A stretch of 64,000 nt of DNA. It comes from Geopsychrobacteraceae bacterium. GTDB lineage: Bacteria > Desulfobacterota > Desulfuromonadia > Desulfuromonadales > Geopsychrobacteraceae. The stretch spans positions 1,184,001-1,248,000 of the forward strand of contig OY759353.1 in the NCBI GenBank assembly GCA_963662315.1, written 5' to 3'. The notes below the pieces were generated by a model that was not told the origin of the DNA, did not search any database, and saw only the letters and a list, made by a program, of their open reading frames with translations. A program made the translations under genes and the position numbers. Of this stretch, positions 1-9,182 are shown piece after piece (the stretch's first letter is position 1; the number at the start of each line of letters is the position of its first letter).

Positions 1-2
1 AA

Positions 3-713
3 AACCAGGGGCAACCAGATGTTGCAGAGATTGCTGCGCTTATTACTCCGAAAACCAAAGCAATTTTACTGGTAACTCCGAGTAATCCTACAGGAGCGGT
101 GAGTTCGGCTAAAAAAATTGCTGCTCTTTTTGAACTGGCCAGAACAAATCAGATCACCCTGATCCTTGATGAAACCTATAATGCCTTTGTCGGCACGACA
201 CCACACGAACTATTTTCACGCCCTGACTGGGAGGAGCATTTCGTTCATATCGCATCTTTCGGAAAAACCTTTGCCCTGACAGGCTTACGCTGTGGAGCCT
301 TGATCGCCGCAAATAACTTTATTGAAAATGCCCTCAAGTTGCAGGACAGCATGGTTGTCTGCGCTCCAAAACCAGCCCAACTCGCCCTTTACTACGGGTG
401 TCAACACCTTGATCAATGGGTAAAAGATAATGCCACCATGATGAAGGAGCGTCACGACAGTTTTAAAGAGCAGTTTCTGGCTGCGGACACACCGTTCAAA
501 CTTGTCGCCAGTGGTTCTTTTTTCGCCTGGATAGAGCACCCTTGGTCATCCCAAACCGGGCGTCAAGCCACCTTCAAAATGGCCCACGAGCAAAACCTCA
601 TATGCTTGCCGGGAGAAGCCTTTGGACCTGGGCTGGAAAAATACCTCAGGCTGGCTTTTGGCAACATTGAAACGGCACAGATTCCTGACGCAATTGCCCG
701 TTTTGCACTGTAA
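3..713 (+). CDS. PLP-dependent aminotransferase class I/II (5'-truncated by window edge)
   Basis: Frame is open from the window start (…ILLVTPSNPTGAV…); motifs LILDETY and SFGKTFALTGLRCG (PLP lysine), YLRLAF. Confidence 0.9.
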   Translation, partial: NQGQPDVAEIAALITPKTKAILLVTPSNPTGAVSSAKKIAALFELARTNQITLILDETYNAFVGTTPHELFSRPDWEEHFVHIASFGKTFALTGLRCGALIAANNFIENALKLQDSMVVCAPKPAQLALYYGCQHLDQWVKDNATMMKERHDSFKEQFLAADTPFKLVASGSFFAWIEHPWSSQTGRQATFKMAHEQNLICLPGEAFGPGLEKYLRLAFGNIETAQIPDAIARFAL

Positions 714-918
714 CTGCTCAATATCGAACTCACGGACAAAATGTCTGTAGTTCAAAACTGCAACCAGCATCCGCACAGAAGCGTAACTGATGAATATTGA
801 CGACCGGAAAGACAACGATACAGCAGTATATGGCCGCGGTCATTATCCATCAGTCCCAATCGGTATGGAAGGACCGCTAACCGTTGCAGTCTCAAGGAGG
901 TCGATTTTCTGCCAATCA

Positions 919-1788
919 TCAGCAGCAAGAATGAGCTGCCAGCGCCGATCGGATTTCTTCAACACAAGAATACGGCACACGAATACCCCTTATTCCCCGA
1001 CCCATTTGAATTTGCGATCCGGGATCACCATGATAATCTGAGCCCCCGGTAATGATCAGATCATGACTTCTGGCCAGCCTGATCAGCCTGTCGGTATCTT
1101 CCAGACCGGAACCGTTATTGTAAACTTCCAGCCCATCCAGACCCAGCCTTACAAGTTCAGCAACTAGCCATTCAAGCTTCTGTTGATTGCGCGTAATATA
1201 AGGAGGATGAGCCAGAACGGCAATCCCCCCGGCACTATGGATCAATCTGATGGCTTCATCGGCAGGAAAGTAACGTTTGGAAACATTACATGGCACCAGA
1301 TAGCGCTCAAAAGCTTCATCGTTGTTCGCAACATAACCTCGCCCCCGAAGCGCCTGGGCAATATGCGGGCGCCCAATGGTTCCACCGGCCAGCTGGCGAA
1401 CAGCTTCAGGGTCGAGCGGTTCACAATTTTCAGCAATTAACTTTTCATTCACTCGTTCGACAATCTTCAGATTGCGATTCATGCGAAAGGCCTGAAATTC
1501 CTCGAGAGCTCTCACCAAATACGCATCACAACAATCAAACCCGTAGCCAAGCAAATGCATATCGGCATATTCAACCCATTGCGATGACAATTCAACCGCA
1601 GAGATCACCTCAATACCGAACTGCTGGCCAGCAACCTGAGCACGTGCCACACCGGAAACATTATCGTGGTCAGCCAAAGCAATCGCCGCCAGACCATTTT
1701 CAGCAGCAAGCGCAACAACCTCTTCCGGTGTCAGATAGCCGTCTGAGCAGGTTGAATGAACATGAAGATCGACATAAGTAAGTTCCAT
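919..1788 (-). CDS. PHP-domain metallophosphoesterase (TrpH/YciV-like)
   Basis: DLHVHSTCSDG, ADHD, GRPHIA, LAHP and GGSDYHG motifs. Confidence 0.9.
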   Translation of the reverse strand: MELTYVDLHVHSTCSDGYLTPEEVVALAAENGLAAIALADHDNVSGVARAQVAGQQFGIEVISAVELSSQWVEYADMHLLGYGFDCCDAYLVRALEEFQAFRMNRNLKIVERVNEKLIAENCEPLDPEAVRQLAGGTIGRPHIAQALRGRGYVANNDEAFERYLVPCNVSKRYFPADEAIRLIHSAGGIAVLAHPPYITRNQQKLEWLVAELVRLGLDGLEVYNNGSGLEDTDRLIRLARSHDLIITGGSDYHGDPGSQIQMGRGIRGIRVPYSCVEEIRSALAAHSCC

Positions 1789-1948
1789 TAAAACCTTTTC
1801 TTTCTTTTATTTGCAACGACCTGATATATATAAATGAGGGTTCAGAGTCTTGACCAGTAAACTGCCAAAGAGTACACAATTAAATCTAAATACAGTTAAC
1901 AACTCCGAGCCATGTATCATCCTACACTATTTAAAGGATAAACATAAC

Positions 1949-2905
1949 ATGACGGCACGCCTTGTCGTAAATAATCTAAAAAGTTACTTCTTTACCGCCA
2001 CAGGCCTGCTCAAAGCTGTTGACGATATATCTTTCAACATCGATCGCGGTGAGACTCTCGCCCTGGTTGGCGAATCGGGGTGCGGTAAATCGATGACCGC
2101 ACTGTCGCTATTGCGCCTGCTCCCCTCTCCCGGGCGTATTGCTGGTGGCGAAATCCTGCTTGATAACCATAATCTTCTCCAACTGCCAGAGAATGAAATG
2201 CGTCGCATCAGGGGCAATGACATTGCCATGATCTTTCAGGAGCCGATGACCTCTCTTAATCCGGTCTTGCGTATTGGGGACCAGCTCACTGAAGTTTTAG
2301 TATTACATAAAAACCTGTCCCGCACGGACGCCGACCAGGAAGCAATCAGCTTATTGGAACAGGTTGGCATCAGTGATGGGCAACGACGGTTACGCGAGTA
2401 CCCACATCAGCTATCAGGCGGGCAGCGCCAGCGAATCATGATTGCCATGGCATTGGCCTGTGACCCGAAAATTCTGATCGCAGATGAACCGACGACCGCC
2501 CTTGACGTAACCATCCAAGCACAAATAATGGATTTACTGCAAACCTTGAAGCAGCAGCGCCAGATGGCAACCCTTCTTATCAGCCACGATTTAGGTGTCG
2601 TTGCCAGTAACGCGGAAAAAATCGCGATCATGTATGCCGGAAAAATCGTTGAATCCGGATCAGTCAGCGACGTATTTAAGAATCCATTGCACCCCTATAC
2701 ACAAGGATTACTCAGCTGTGTGCCACGGTTGGGAAATAAACAGCCCCTGCCCAACATTCGGGGACAGGTCCCAGATCTTAAAAAAACCGGGGAAGGATGC
2801 CTGTTTTTCGAACGTTGCGACAAAACTTGTAAACAGTGCGCTCACCAAACTCCCCAGTTAACCGAAATTGATCCGGGCCACTGGGTCAGATGCTGGAGAT
2901 ATTAA
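1949..2905 (+). CDS. Oligopeptide/dipeptide ABC transporter ATP-binding subunit (OppD/DppD family)
   Basis: GESGCGKS Walker A, LSGGQRQR, ADEPTTALD, HPYT C-terminal domain; start placed at ATG 1949 after AAGGA. Confidence 0.9.
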   Translation: MTARLVVNNLKSYFFTATGLLKAVDDISFNIDRGETLALVGESGCGKSMTALSLLRLLPSPGRIAGGEILLDNHNLLQLPENEMRRIRGNDIAMIFQEPMTSLNPVLRIGDQLTEVLVLHKNLSRTDADQEAISLLEQVGISDGQRRLREYPHQLSGGQRQRIMIAMALACDPKILIADEPTTALDVTIQAQIMDLLQTLKQQRQMATLLISHDLGVVASNAEKIAIMYAGKIVESGSVSDVFKNPLHPYTQGLLSCVPRLGNKQPLPNIRGQVPDLKKTGEGCLFFERCDKTCKQCAHQTPQLTEIDPGHWVRCWRY

Positions 2906-2909
2906 ATCC

Positions 2910-3887
2910 ATGCCTTTGCTCGAAATTAACAATCTTAAAAAATCTTTTACCATAAAAGATCCAATCGGACGTCGCTCAGCTCAACTGACCGCAGTCAATG
3001 ACATTTCGTTCACACTGAACAAAGGAGAAACACTGGGTCTGGTTGGCGAATCAGGATGCGGCAAATCAACCACAGGTAAGCTGATCATGCAATTACTCAA
3101 AGCTGATCAGGGGCAGGTTTTGTTTAACGGTACCGACCTTACCACTTTATCCGCAAGGCAAATACGCCCCTACCGGCGCCAGTTGCAGATGATATTTCAG
3201 GATCCTTTTTCATCATTGAATCCACGTATGACCGTAAGCAGCATCCTGAGCGAACCGCTAAAGATTCATGCCCTGGTCCCAGCACCACTCATTAGAGATA
3301 GAGTTATTGAACTGCTTGAACAGGTCGGATTGTCAGCGCTCCATGAACAACGCTATCCCCATGAATTTTCCGGCGGACAAAGGCAGCGCATCGGTATCGC
3401 CAGGGCTATGGCGGTAGAACCTGAAATCATCATTGCCGACGAGCCTGTATCGGCTCTCGACCTCTCGGTACAGGCCCAGATCCTGAATCTCATGCAGGAC
3501 ATCAAACTCAAGCATAACCTGAGTTATATCTTTATCGCTCACGATTTGGCCGTTATTGAGCACGTCAGTGATCGTATTGCTGTTATGTATCTGGGGAAAA
3601 TCGTCGAACTATGCGGCGCTGACGAACTGTACAATAAGCCCTGCCATCCCTATACAGAAGCTCTTCTCAACGCGGTCCCGGTCCCCGACCCACAGCAGAG
3701 AAGGCCTCTGGCCTTAAAAGGAGAAATCCCCTCACCTGTCAATCCTCCATCAGGGTGTCATTTCCATCCACGCTGTCCTTACGCTGACACACTGTGCCAA
3801 ACTCAGGAACCTAAGCTTACGTCCATAACCTCAAACCATCAGGTGTCCTGCCATCATTATGAAAAAGTCAGGTCTCGCAGCAGCTGA
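2910..3887 (+). CDS. Oligopeptide/dipeptide ABC transporter ATP-binding subunit (OppF/DppF family)
   Basis: GESGCGKST, FQDPFSSLNPR, FSGGQRQR, ADEPVSALD, PSGCHFHPRCP. Confidence 0.9.
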   Translation: MPLLEINNLKKSFTIKDPIGRRSAQLTAVNDISFTLNKGETLGLVGESGCGKSTTGKLIMQLLKADQGQVLFNGTDLTTLSARQIRPYRRQLQMIFQDPFSSLNPRMTVSSILSEPLKIHALVPAPLIRDRVIELLEQVGLSALHEQRYPHEFSGGQRQRIGIARAMAVEPEIIIADEPVSALDLSVQAQILNLMQDIKLKHNLSYIFIAHDLAVIEHVSDRIAVMYLGKIVELCGADELYNKPCHPYTEALLNAVPVPDPQQRRPLALKGEIPSPVNPPSGCHFHPRCPYADTLCQTQEPKLTSITSNHQVSCHHYEKVRSRSS

Positions 3888-3906
3888 CACAACATTCTTG
3901 ACACAC

Positions 3907-3924
3907 TGTGCCACTAATGGCACG
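3907..3924. promoter_or_regulatory. Inverted repeat TGTGCCA-N4-TGGCACG upstream of the sigma54 activator gene (candidate autoregulatory site)
   Basis: Same half-sites and N4 spacing as the element at 6264-6281; follows TTGACA at 3898-3903. Confidence 0.55.
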
Positions 3925-3959
3925 ATTCTCCCATGAATTGACAAAACCGGAGGCCATTC

Positions 3960-6263
3960 ATGGGAATCAGCCAGCAAGATAGTCCAATTTCAACCATTCG
4001 GGAAAAATGTCGCATCTGCTATGCCTGCGTGCGCAACTGCCCAACAAAAGCTATTGGCATTTTCAACGATTATGCTGAAATCATTCCCCACCGCTGCATT
4101 GGCTGTGGGAAATGTATTCAGCTTTGCTCCCAAAATGCCAAAGTTCTGGCCGATGCCATCACCGCAACAGAGGACCTGCTAAGCGCAAAAGAGCCAGTCG
4201 TAGCAGTCCTGGGCTGCTCCTTTACCGCATTTTTTCACGAGGTACACCCGGGCCGTATGGTCTCTGCCCTCAAACAGCTCGGCTTTGACGAAGTCCTCGA
4301 AGGAGCCAGCGGGGTTGAACTTATTGCCCCAGAATACCGTAAGGTTATCGAAAATCATGCCGGTGCGCCATTACTGTCAAGCCATTGCCCAACCATAGTC
4401 GACTTGATAGAGCGTCACTATCCCCAACTGCTAAAGAATCTGGTCCCTGTTGTCTCGCCCATGATTGCCATTGGTCGCTATATTAAAGCTCAGCGCAAAG
4501 AGAAGGTCAGGGTCATCTATATCAGTTCATGCATAGGCGGAAAGTTTGAAATTCAGGACGACCCGGTATTAGGAGCCATTGACACAGTACTGACATACAG
4601 TGAACTCAAACTGATGCTGAGCCGGAAAAATATCGATCCGCAGAGACTTAAAATTTCTGCCATGGACGGCAAGCCGTCAAGCAGTGGGCGTAGCTTTTCT
4701 ATTGTCGGAGGCCCCTTTCACAACTTTGGCATCCAAAACAACGGACTTGACCCCAATTATATTTCTACTGTTGGTCAGGATAACAGTCTCGAAATCATTC
4801 GCGATCTAGCCGCCGGGCGTATTTCACCCCGCTATGTTGATGTACGCTTCTGCAAGGGTGGATGCATCTGCGGTCCATCACGCACCAACCGGCTCACATC
4901 CTTTTCCAAAGGGAATCTGATTATTGAATATCAGAAACAGGAAATCGAGTACCAGACTGCGCCACATTACCAGTCAGGCACCTCGCAGGTGCTACTGGGC
5001 CGGACCTTTGACAACAAGTATCAGCCGCTTGATCGCCCCAGTGGCGAAACGATCAAGAAAATTCTGAAGGAAACTGACAAATTTTCCGAAAGTGACGAAC
5101 TCAATTGTGGCAGCTGTGGTTATACCACGTGTCGAGAGCATGCTGTCGCAGTTTACCAGGGACTGGCCGATCATCGCATGTGCCTGCCCTATTCCATACA
5201 CCGACTCAAAACTGATCGCAGTCAACTCGAACAGAAATACGAACTCGCAAAACGTGCACTAAACCAAGAGTATGGCAACAATACCATTATTGGCAACGAT
5301 CAACATACTCGTGGCGTACTCCATATGATCAAACAGGTCGGCCCAACTCCGACCACGGTTCTTATCCGTGGAGAAAGTGGCACTGGCAAGGAAATGACCG
5401 CCAGGTCCATCCATGAGGCAAGTCAACGCGCTGACAAACCGATGGTGACGGTTAACTGCACAACGCTAACCGACAATCTATTGGAAAGTGAACTATTTGG
5501 CCACATCAAAGGATCTTTTACCGGCGCCTTTGCTGACAAGAAAGGGCTCTTCGAAACAGCCGACGGTGGTACCATTTTTCTTGATGAGATTGGAGATATT
5601 ACCCCGAAACTGCAGGCTGAACTGCTACGAGTCCTTGATAACGGTGAAATTAAACCGGTTGGCAGTAACAAAATCATTAAAGTTGATGTACGCGTTATAG
5701 CCGCCACCAACAAACCACTAGAAGAAGGGGTCAGCCGCGGCTGGTTCCGCGAAGATCTCTTTTACCGCCTCAATGTCTTTGCTATTACCCTTGCGCCGTT
5801 ACGCAACAGAATCAGCTCAATCCCCCTGCTGATCGATTATTTTCTCAGCAATATCAGCCTCAAGCTCAACAAACCCATTGAAGGAATTGACGCAGAAGCC
5901 CAAAAAGCACTGGTCCGCTATCAGTGGCCAGGGAACATCAGAGAGTTGCAGAACATTATCGAGCGCGCCATTGTGCTTGCTCAAGACAAAATTATCCGCA
6001 TGGAACAACTCCCGATAGTGATTTCACAACTTGCTGATGACAACCGCTATAGAACAATTCCAATCGCTGAGGACACAGCTCAAAGTACAAAAAAACAACA
6101 CCTTCGCCAGATGGAAAAACTTGAGAAAGAAATGACAACAGAATTCTTACAAGCTGCCGAAGGGAATGTTTCTGCTGCTGCAAAGCTAGCCGGCATTCCA
6201 CGGCGGACATTCTATCGCATGCTTGAGCGCAATGGAGTTAATCCAAATAGTTATAGACGATAG
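3960..6263 (+). CDS. Sigma54-dependent enhancer-binding protein with N-terminal 2[4Fe-4S] ferredoxin, [FeFe]-hydrogenase-large-subunit-like and FeS domains, AAA+ and Fis HTH
   Basis: [12 protein letters not shown] and [11 protein letters not shown]; degenerate H-cluster motifs [33 protein letters not shown]…[45 protein letters not shown]. Confidence 0.9.
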   Translation: MGISQQDSPISTIREKCRICYACVRNCPTKAIGIFNDYAEIIPHRCIGCGKCIQLCSQNAKVLADAITATEDLLSAKEPVVAVLGCSFTAFFHEVHPGRMVSALKQLGFDEVLEGASGVELIAPEYRKVIENHAGAPLLSSHCPTIVDLIERHYPQLLKNLVPVVSPMIAIGRYIKAQRKEKVRVIYISSCIGGKFEIQDDPVLGAIDTVLTYSELKLMLSRKNIDPQRLKISAMDGKPSSSGRSFSIVGGPFHNFGIQNNGLDPNYISTVGQDNSLEIIRDLAAGRISPRYVDVRFCKGGCICGPSRTNRLTSFSKGNLIIEYQKQEIEYQTAPHYQSGTSQVLLGRTFDNKYQPLDRPSGETIKKILKETDKFSESDELNCGSCGYTTCREHAVAVYQGLADHRMCLPYSIHRLKTDRSQLEQKYELAKRALNQEYGNNTIIGNDQHTRGVLHMIKQVGPTPTTVLIRGESGTGKEMTARSIHEASQRADKPMVTVNCTTLTDNLLESELFGHIKGSFTGAFADKKGLFETADGGTIFLDEIGDITPKLQAELLRVLDNGEIKPVGSNKIIKVDVRVIAATNKPLEEGVSRGWFREDLFYRLNVFAITLAPLRNRISSIPLLIDYFLSNISLKLNKPIEGIDAEAQKALVRYQWPGNIRELQNIIERAIVLAQDKIIRMEQLPIVISQLADDNRYRTIPIAEDTAQSTKKQHLRQMEKLEKEMTTEFLQAAEGNVSAAAKLAGIPRRTFYRMLERNGVNPNSYRR

Positions 6264-6324
6264 CGTGCCAAGTACGGCACACTTGGCACACTATCGATGG
6301 CACACTTGACACAGGTGGCACACT
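6264..6324. repeat. Cluster of (T)GGCACACT repeats with a GTGCCA-N4-CGGCAC inverted repeat (candidate upstream activator sequences)
   Basis: GGCACACT at 6276, TGGCACACT at 6284, 6298 and 6316, variant TGACACA at 6307; lies 110-170 bp upstream of a sigma54 promoter. Confidence 0.7.
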
Positions 6325-6434
6325 TTTTTACCTCCACGCAATATTAACCAACCTTTAGTCTAAAAAATATTTTTTATCGCAGTTACAGCCCTTTATACTT
6401 TTTTCTCATTTATAATTTAAAATTTCATTTCTAC

Positions 6435-6450
6435 TGGCACACTCAATGCT
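6435..6450 (+). promoter_or_regulatory. Sigma54 (-24/-12) promoter
   Basis: TGGCACACTCAATGCT gives the exact GG-N10-GC spacing; preceded by an AT-rich spacer and the repeat cluster; follows a sigma54 activator gene. Confidence 0.75.
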
Positions 6451-6460
6451 AATACAGAAA

Positions 6461-6557
6461 AACATGTAACAGGGAGTAGCCCGTTCCCGCCCGAACGGAT
6501 CTCAAACATCCCTCTTTCACCGTCAAGGTACCTCTCTCCCCTTGGCGGTGTTTTTTT
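6461..6557 (+). ncRNA. Putative sigma54-dependent small RNA (~97 nt)
   Basis: Bounded by the -24/-12 promoter and an intrinsic terminator; internal hairpin CCGTTC/GAACGG; only ATG is followed directly by TAA; CU-rich single-stranded tracts. Confidence 0.55.
6518..6557 (+). terminator. Rho-independent terminator
   Basis: 11-bp stem CACCGTCAAGG/CCTTGGCGGTG (one G-U pair) followed by T7. Confidence 0.85.
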
Positions 6558-6777
6558 ATATTCAGCCCACAAAATTCTCAACAAATCGCGCATCATCTGC
6601 TTTTTTCTTTTATCCAGTCGCAAAACCATACCAACTAGGATAATATAGCTTCTTGCAAAAATGTTTTCAGCAAGAGGTAAGCAGTGTGCCACATCCTTTA
6701 TGTGCTGCTCCATTTCAGGCATACGGCAATGACTTTCCTCAGGCTGCTCTTGCTGTATCTGACAAACCTACAAAGAG

Positions 6778-9135
6778 ATGGCATCAATAAGCATGGCTTC
6801 AAAAATTAACCGTAACAAAGACCGGTCTTTAGGACTCAGTACGCTGCAGGACATCAGCACCATTATTCTGCAGTCCCATGATCTTAACGAAACAATTACC
6901 AATATTGTTGACTTGGTTGCCCAGCGGGCCCAATCAGACGTATGCTCGCTATACCTGCTGGAAGAAGACAACAGTACATTAACATTAAGGGCAACCAAAG
7001 GTCTGGACCAAGCCGCCATTGGCAAGGTCAGGCTACGTATAGGTGAAGGTCTGACCGGTAAAACCGCAGCCGAAAAACAGGTTATGGCCATTCAGGAGCC
7101 GCAAAACCATCCCGATTACCGCTATTTCTCTGAAACAGGCGAGGAACAGTTTCACACCTTTGTTGGTATTCCTCTATTTGACCGCAATCAATCGATTGGC
7201 GTTCTCGTTATCCAGACGATTGAACCGCATATTTTTGGCCAGGAAGAGCTAGCCACCCTAACCACCATTGCGTTTCAAGTTACCTCAATTGTTGTCAATG
7301 CCCGCTTACTTGATGCTATCCAGAAGTACCGCCTCCCTCAACAAACAGAAGCTCTTGAAGGGGCAACAAAAGGCGAACCCACGGCCATTAAACCGGGAGG
7401 CATCCTGATTGGACAGACAGCTTACCCTGGGGTTGTCAGTGGTCCGGCAAATGTCATCGACCAGCAATTCGGGTTTGCAGATATTATTGATGAATGCCAG
7501 GTCTCTCCAGAACAGGAACGTATTAACCTGGATGAAGCACTGCGCAAAACCAGAATCCAGACCCTGTACCTGGAAAAACGGGTTGCAAACCAGCTCACCC
7601 AGGAAGATGCCGCCATTTTCCATACCCACCTGATGATTCTGGAGGATCGTGGTTTTATCGAAAAGCTTTATCGCTATATTGATGACAGCCACAGCGCACC
7701 TTACGCCCTCAAAAGAGTCATTGGCAGCTATCTTGAAGCGTTCAGCAAAATGGAAGACCCTTATCTGCGTGAGCGGGCAGCCGATATGGAAGATATTGGA
7801 CGACGCCTGCTCGCTAACCTGACGGGCAAGGATACCGAGGGATTGCATCTGAATCACTCAGGGATTCTAGTAGCCAAGCGCCTACTCCCTTCAGATATGG
7901 CTGTCCTTGACCATAATCTTATCAAAGGCATGATTATAGAGTCTCACGAAGCGAACTCGCACTCGGTGATCATGGCCAAAGCCCTGGGCATTCCAGCCCT
8001 TATTGGCGTTAAAGGAGCGGTCAAGGCGATTGAACCTGACACCCATCTGATCCTGGACGCGAATACCGGTCATATTTATCAGAATCCTTCGCAGGCTATT
8101 ATTGATGAATACAATCGGGTCGAAAATGATCGCAAGCTTGAACTCGAACGCCTTAGCGAATTTCGCAATATTGCGGCAGTCACCAGCGATGAGCTGAAAA
8201 TATGCCTGCGCGCCAATATCGGCCTGATCAGCGATATTGACGTCGCCAAGCGCCATGGTGCCGAGGGCGTTGGCCTGTACAGGACCGAGTTTCCCTACAT
8301 GGCCCGAGCCAGTTTCCCTAATCGCAATGATCAATACCTGCTGTATAAGAAAGTCGTTGAAGATTTCGAAGATCAGGTCGTGACGATCAGGACCCTTGAT
8401 ATAGGAGGAGACAAATCCCTTCCTTATTTCAGTCACCCTAAAGAAGACAACCCTTTTATGGGATGGAGATCCGTCAGGGTCAGTCTTGACAACCGTGAAA
8501 TTTTTCAGACCCAGATTGAAGCAATCCTGATGGCCGCCACCCACGGCCAGGTTCGCCTCCTGTTTCCGATGATTTCAACCATTGATGAAATAGTCTCCTG
8601 TAAAGCGATTGTTCGTGCAGCCAAAGAACAGCTGACCAAGGAGGGGATCCCTTTTAATGCAAATATTCCACTGGGAGCTATGATCGAGGTTCCGGCAGCA
8701 GTCCGCCTGGCTCCCCATCTGGCCAAAGAAGTCGATTTTTTTGCTCTGGGAACCAATGACCTGATTCAATATATGTTGGCAGCAGACCGTTCAAACCCTC
8801 GTGTTGAAAATTATTACGACCCACTCCACCCTGCTGTTCTTCTGTCCATCGCCAGTCTGGCCGAAACAGCCAGGGAGCATAACATCAAACTGTGTGTTTG
8901 TGGGGAGATGGCTGCGGATCCGGCTTGCCTTATAGCCCTGATCGGTCTAGGCATACATGAATTTTCTCTTTCTGCCCCCTATATCCCCCAGTTGAAAAAG
9001 TTTCTTGGCTGGATTGATTCCAAAGAGGTCTCGGCCTTGGCTGACGATTTCCTTACCTGCGCGCACAGTCGTGAGATTCGCAGCCAAATAGAAGACTACA
9101 TTGCTGATCTGTACAAAAAAGGACGCATTCATTGA
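6778..9135 (+). CDS. ptsP: Phosphoenolpyruvate-protein phosphotransferase with N-terminal GAF domain (EI-Ntr type)
   Basis: GAF domain (DVCSLYLL…GEGLTG…HPDYRYF), NSHSVIMAKALGIP phospho-His region, GVGLYRTEF, RTLDIGGDK, GTNDLIQY; start may be 6793. Confidence 0.93.
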   Translation: MASISMASKINRNKDRSLGLSTLQDISTIILQSHDLNETITNIVDLVAQRAQSDVCSLYLLEEDNSTLTLRATKGLDQAAIGKVRLRIGEGLTGKTAAEKQVMAIQEPQNHPDYRYFSETGEEQFHTFVGIPLFDRNQSIGVLVIQTIEPHIFGQEELATLTTIAFQVTSIVVNARLLDAIQKYRLPQQTEALEGATKGEPTAIKPGGILIGQTAYPGVVSGPANVIDQQFGFADIIDECQVSPEQERINLDEALRKTRIQTLYLEKRVANQLTQEDAAIFHTHLMILEDRGFIEKLYRYIDDSHSAPYALKRVIGSYLEAFSKMEDPYLRERAADMEDIGRRLLANLTGKDTEGLHLNHSGILVAKRLLPSDMAVLDHNLIKGMIIESHEANSHSVIMAKALGIPALIGVKGAVKAIEPDTHLILDANTGHIYQNPSQAIIDEYNRVENDRKLELERLSEFRNIAAVTSDELKICLRANIGLISDIDVAKRHGAEGVGLYRTEFPYMARASFPNRNDQYLLYKKVVEDFEDQVVTIRTLDIGGDKSLPYFSHPKEDNPFMGWRSVRVSLDNREIFQTQIEAILMAATHGQVRLLFPMISTIDEIVSCKAIVRAAKEQLTKEGIPFNANIPLGAMIEVPAAVRLAPHLAKEVDFFALGTNDLIQYMLAADRSNPRVENYYDPLHPAVLLSIASLAETAREHNIKLCVCGEMAADPACLIALIGLGIHEFSLSAPYIPQLKKFLGWIDSKEVSALADDFLTCAHSREIRSQIEDYIADLYKKGRIH

Positions 9136-9142
9136 TATACAC

Positions 9143-9164
9143 CAGGGCTCCACAAGGAGCCCTG
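9143..9164. terminator. Stem-loop between convergent ptsP and pyc
   Basis: CAGGGCTCC-ACAA-GGAGCCCTG perfect 9-bp stem; no clear U-tract. Confidence 0.5.
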
Positions 9165-9182
9165 CAATTACATACCGTCTGA

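Noticed and set aside
3918..3933. TGGCACGATTCTCC as a sigma54 promoter for the activator gene
   Set aside because: No GC at the -12 position (GG-N10-CC); better explained as half of a palindrome
6264..6324. Short repeats as a CRISPR array
   Set aside because: Repeats are 8-9 bp with 0-9 bp gaps and there are no cas genes; they fit protein-binding sites better
6417..6732. ORFs in the activator-ptsP gap (101-aa minus-strand ORF, 23-aa plus-strand ORF at 6661) as an HgtR-like protein
   Set aside because: No recognisable DNA-binding fold; the minus ORF runs antisense across the promoter and terminator, and the plus ORF is too short
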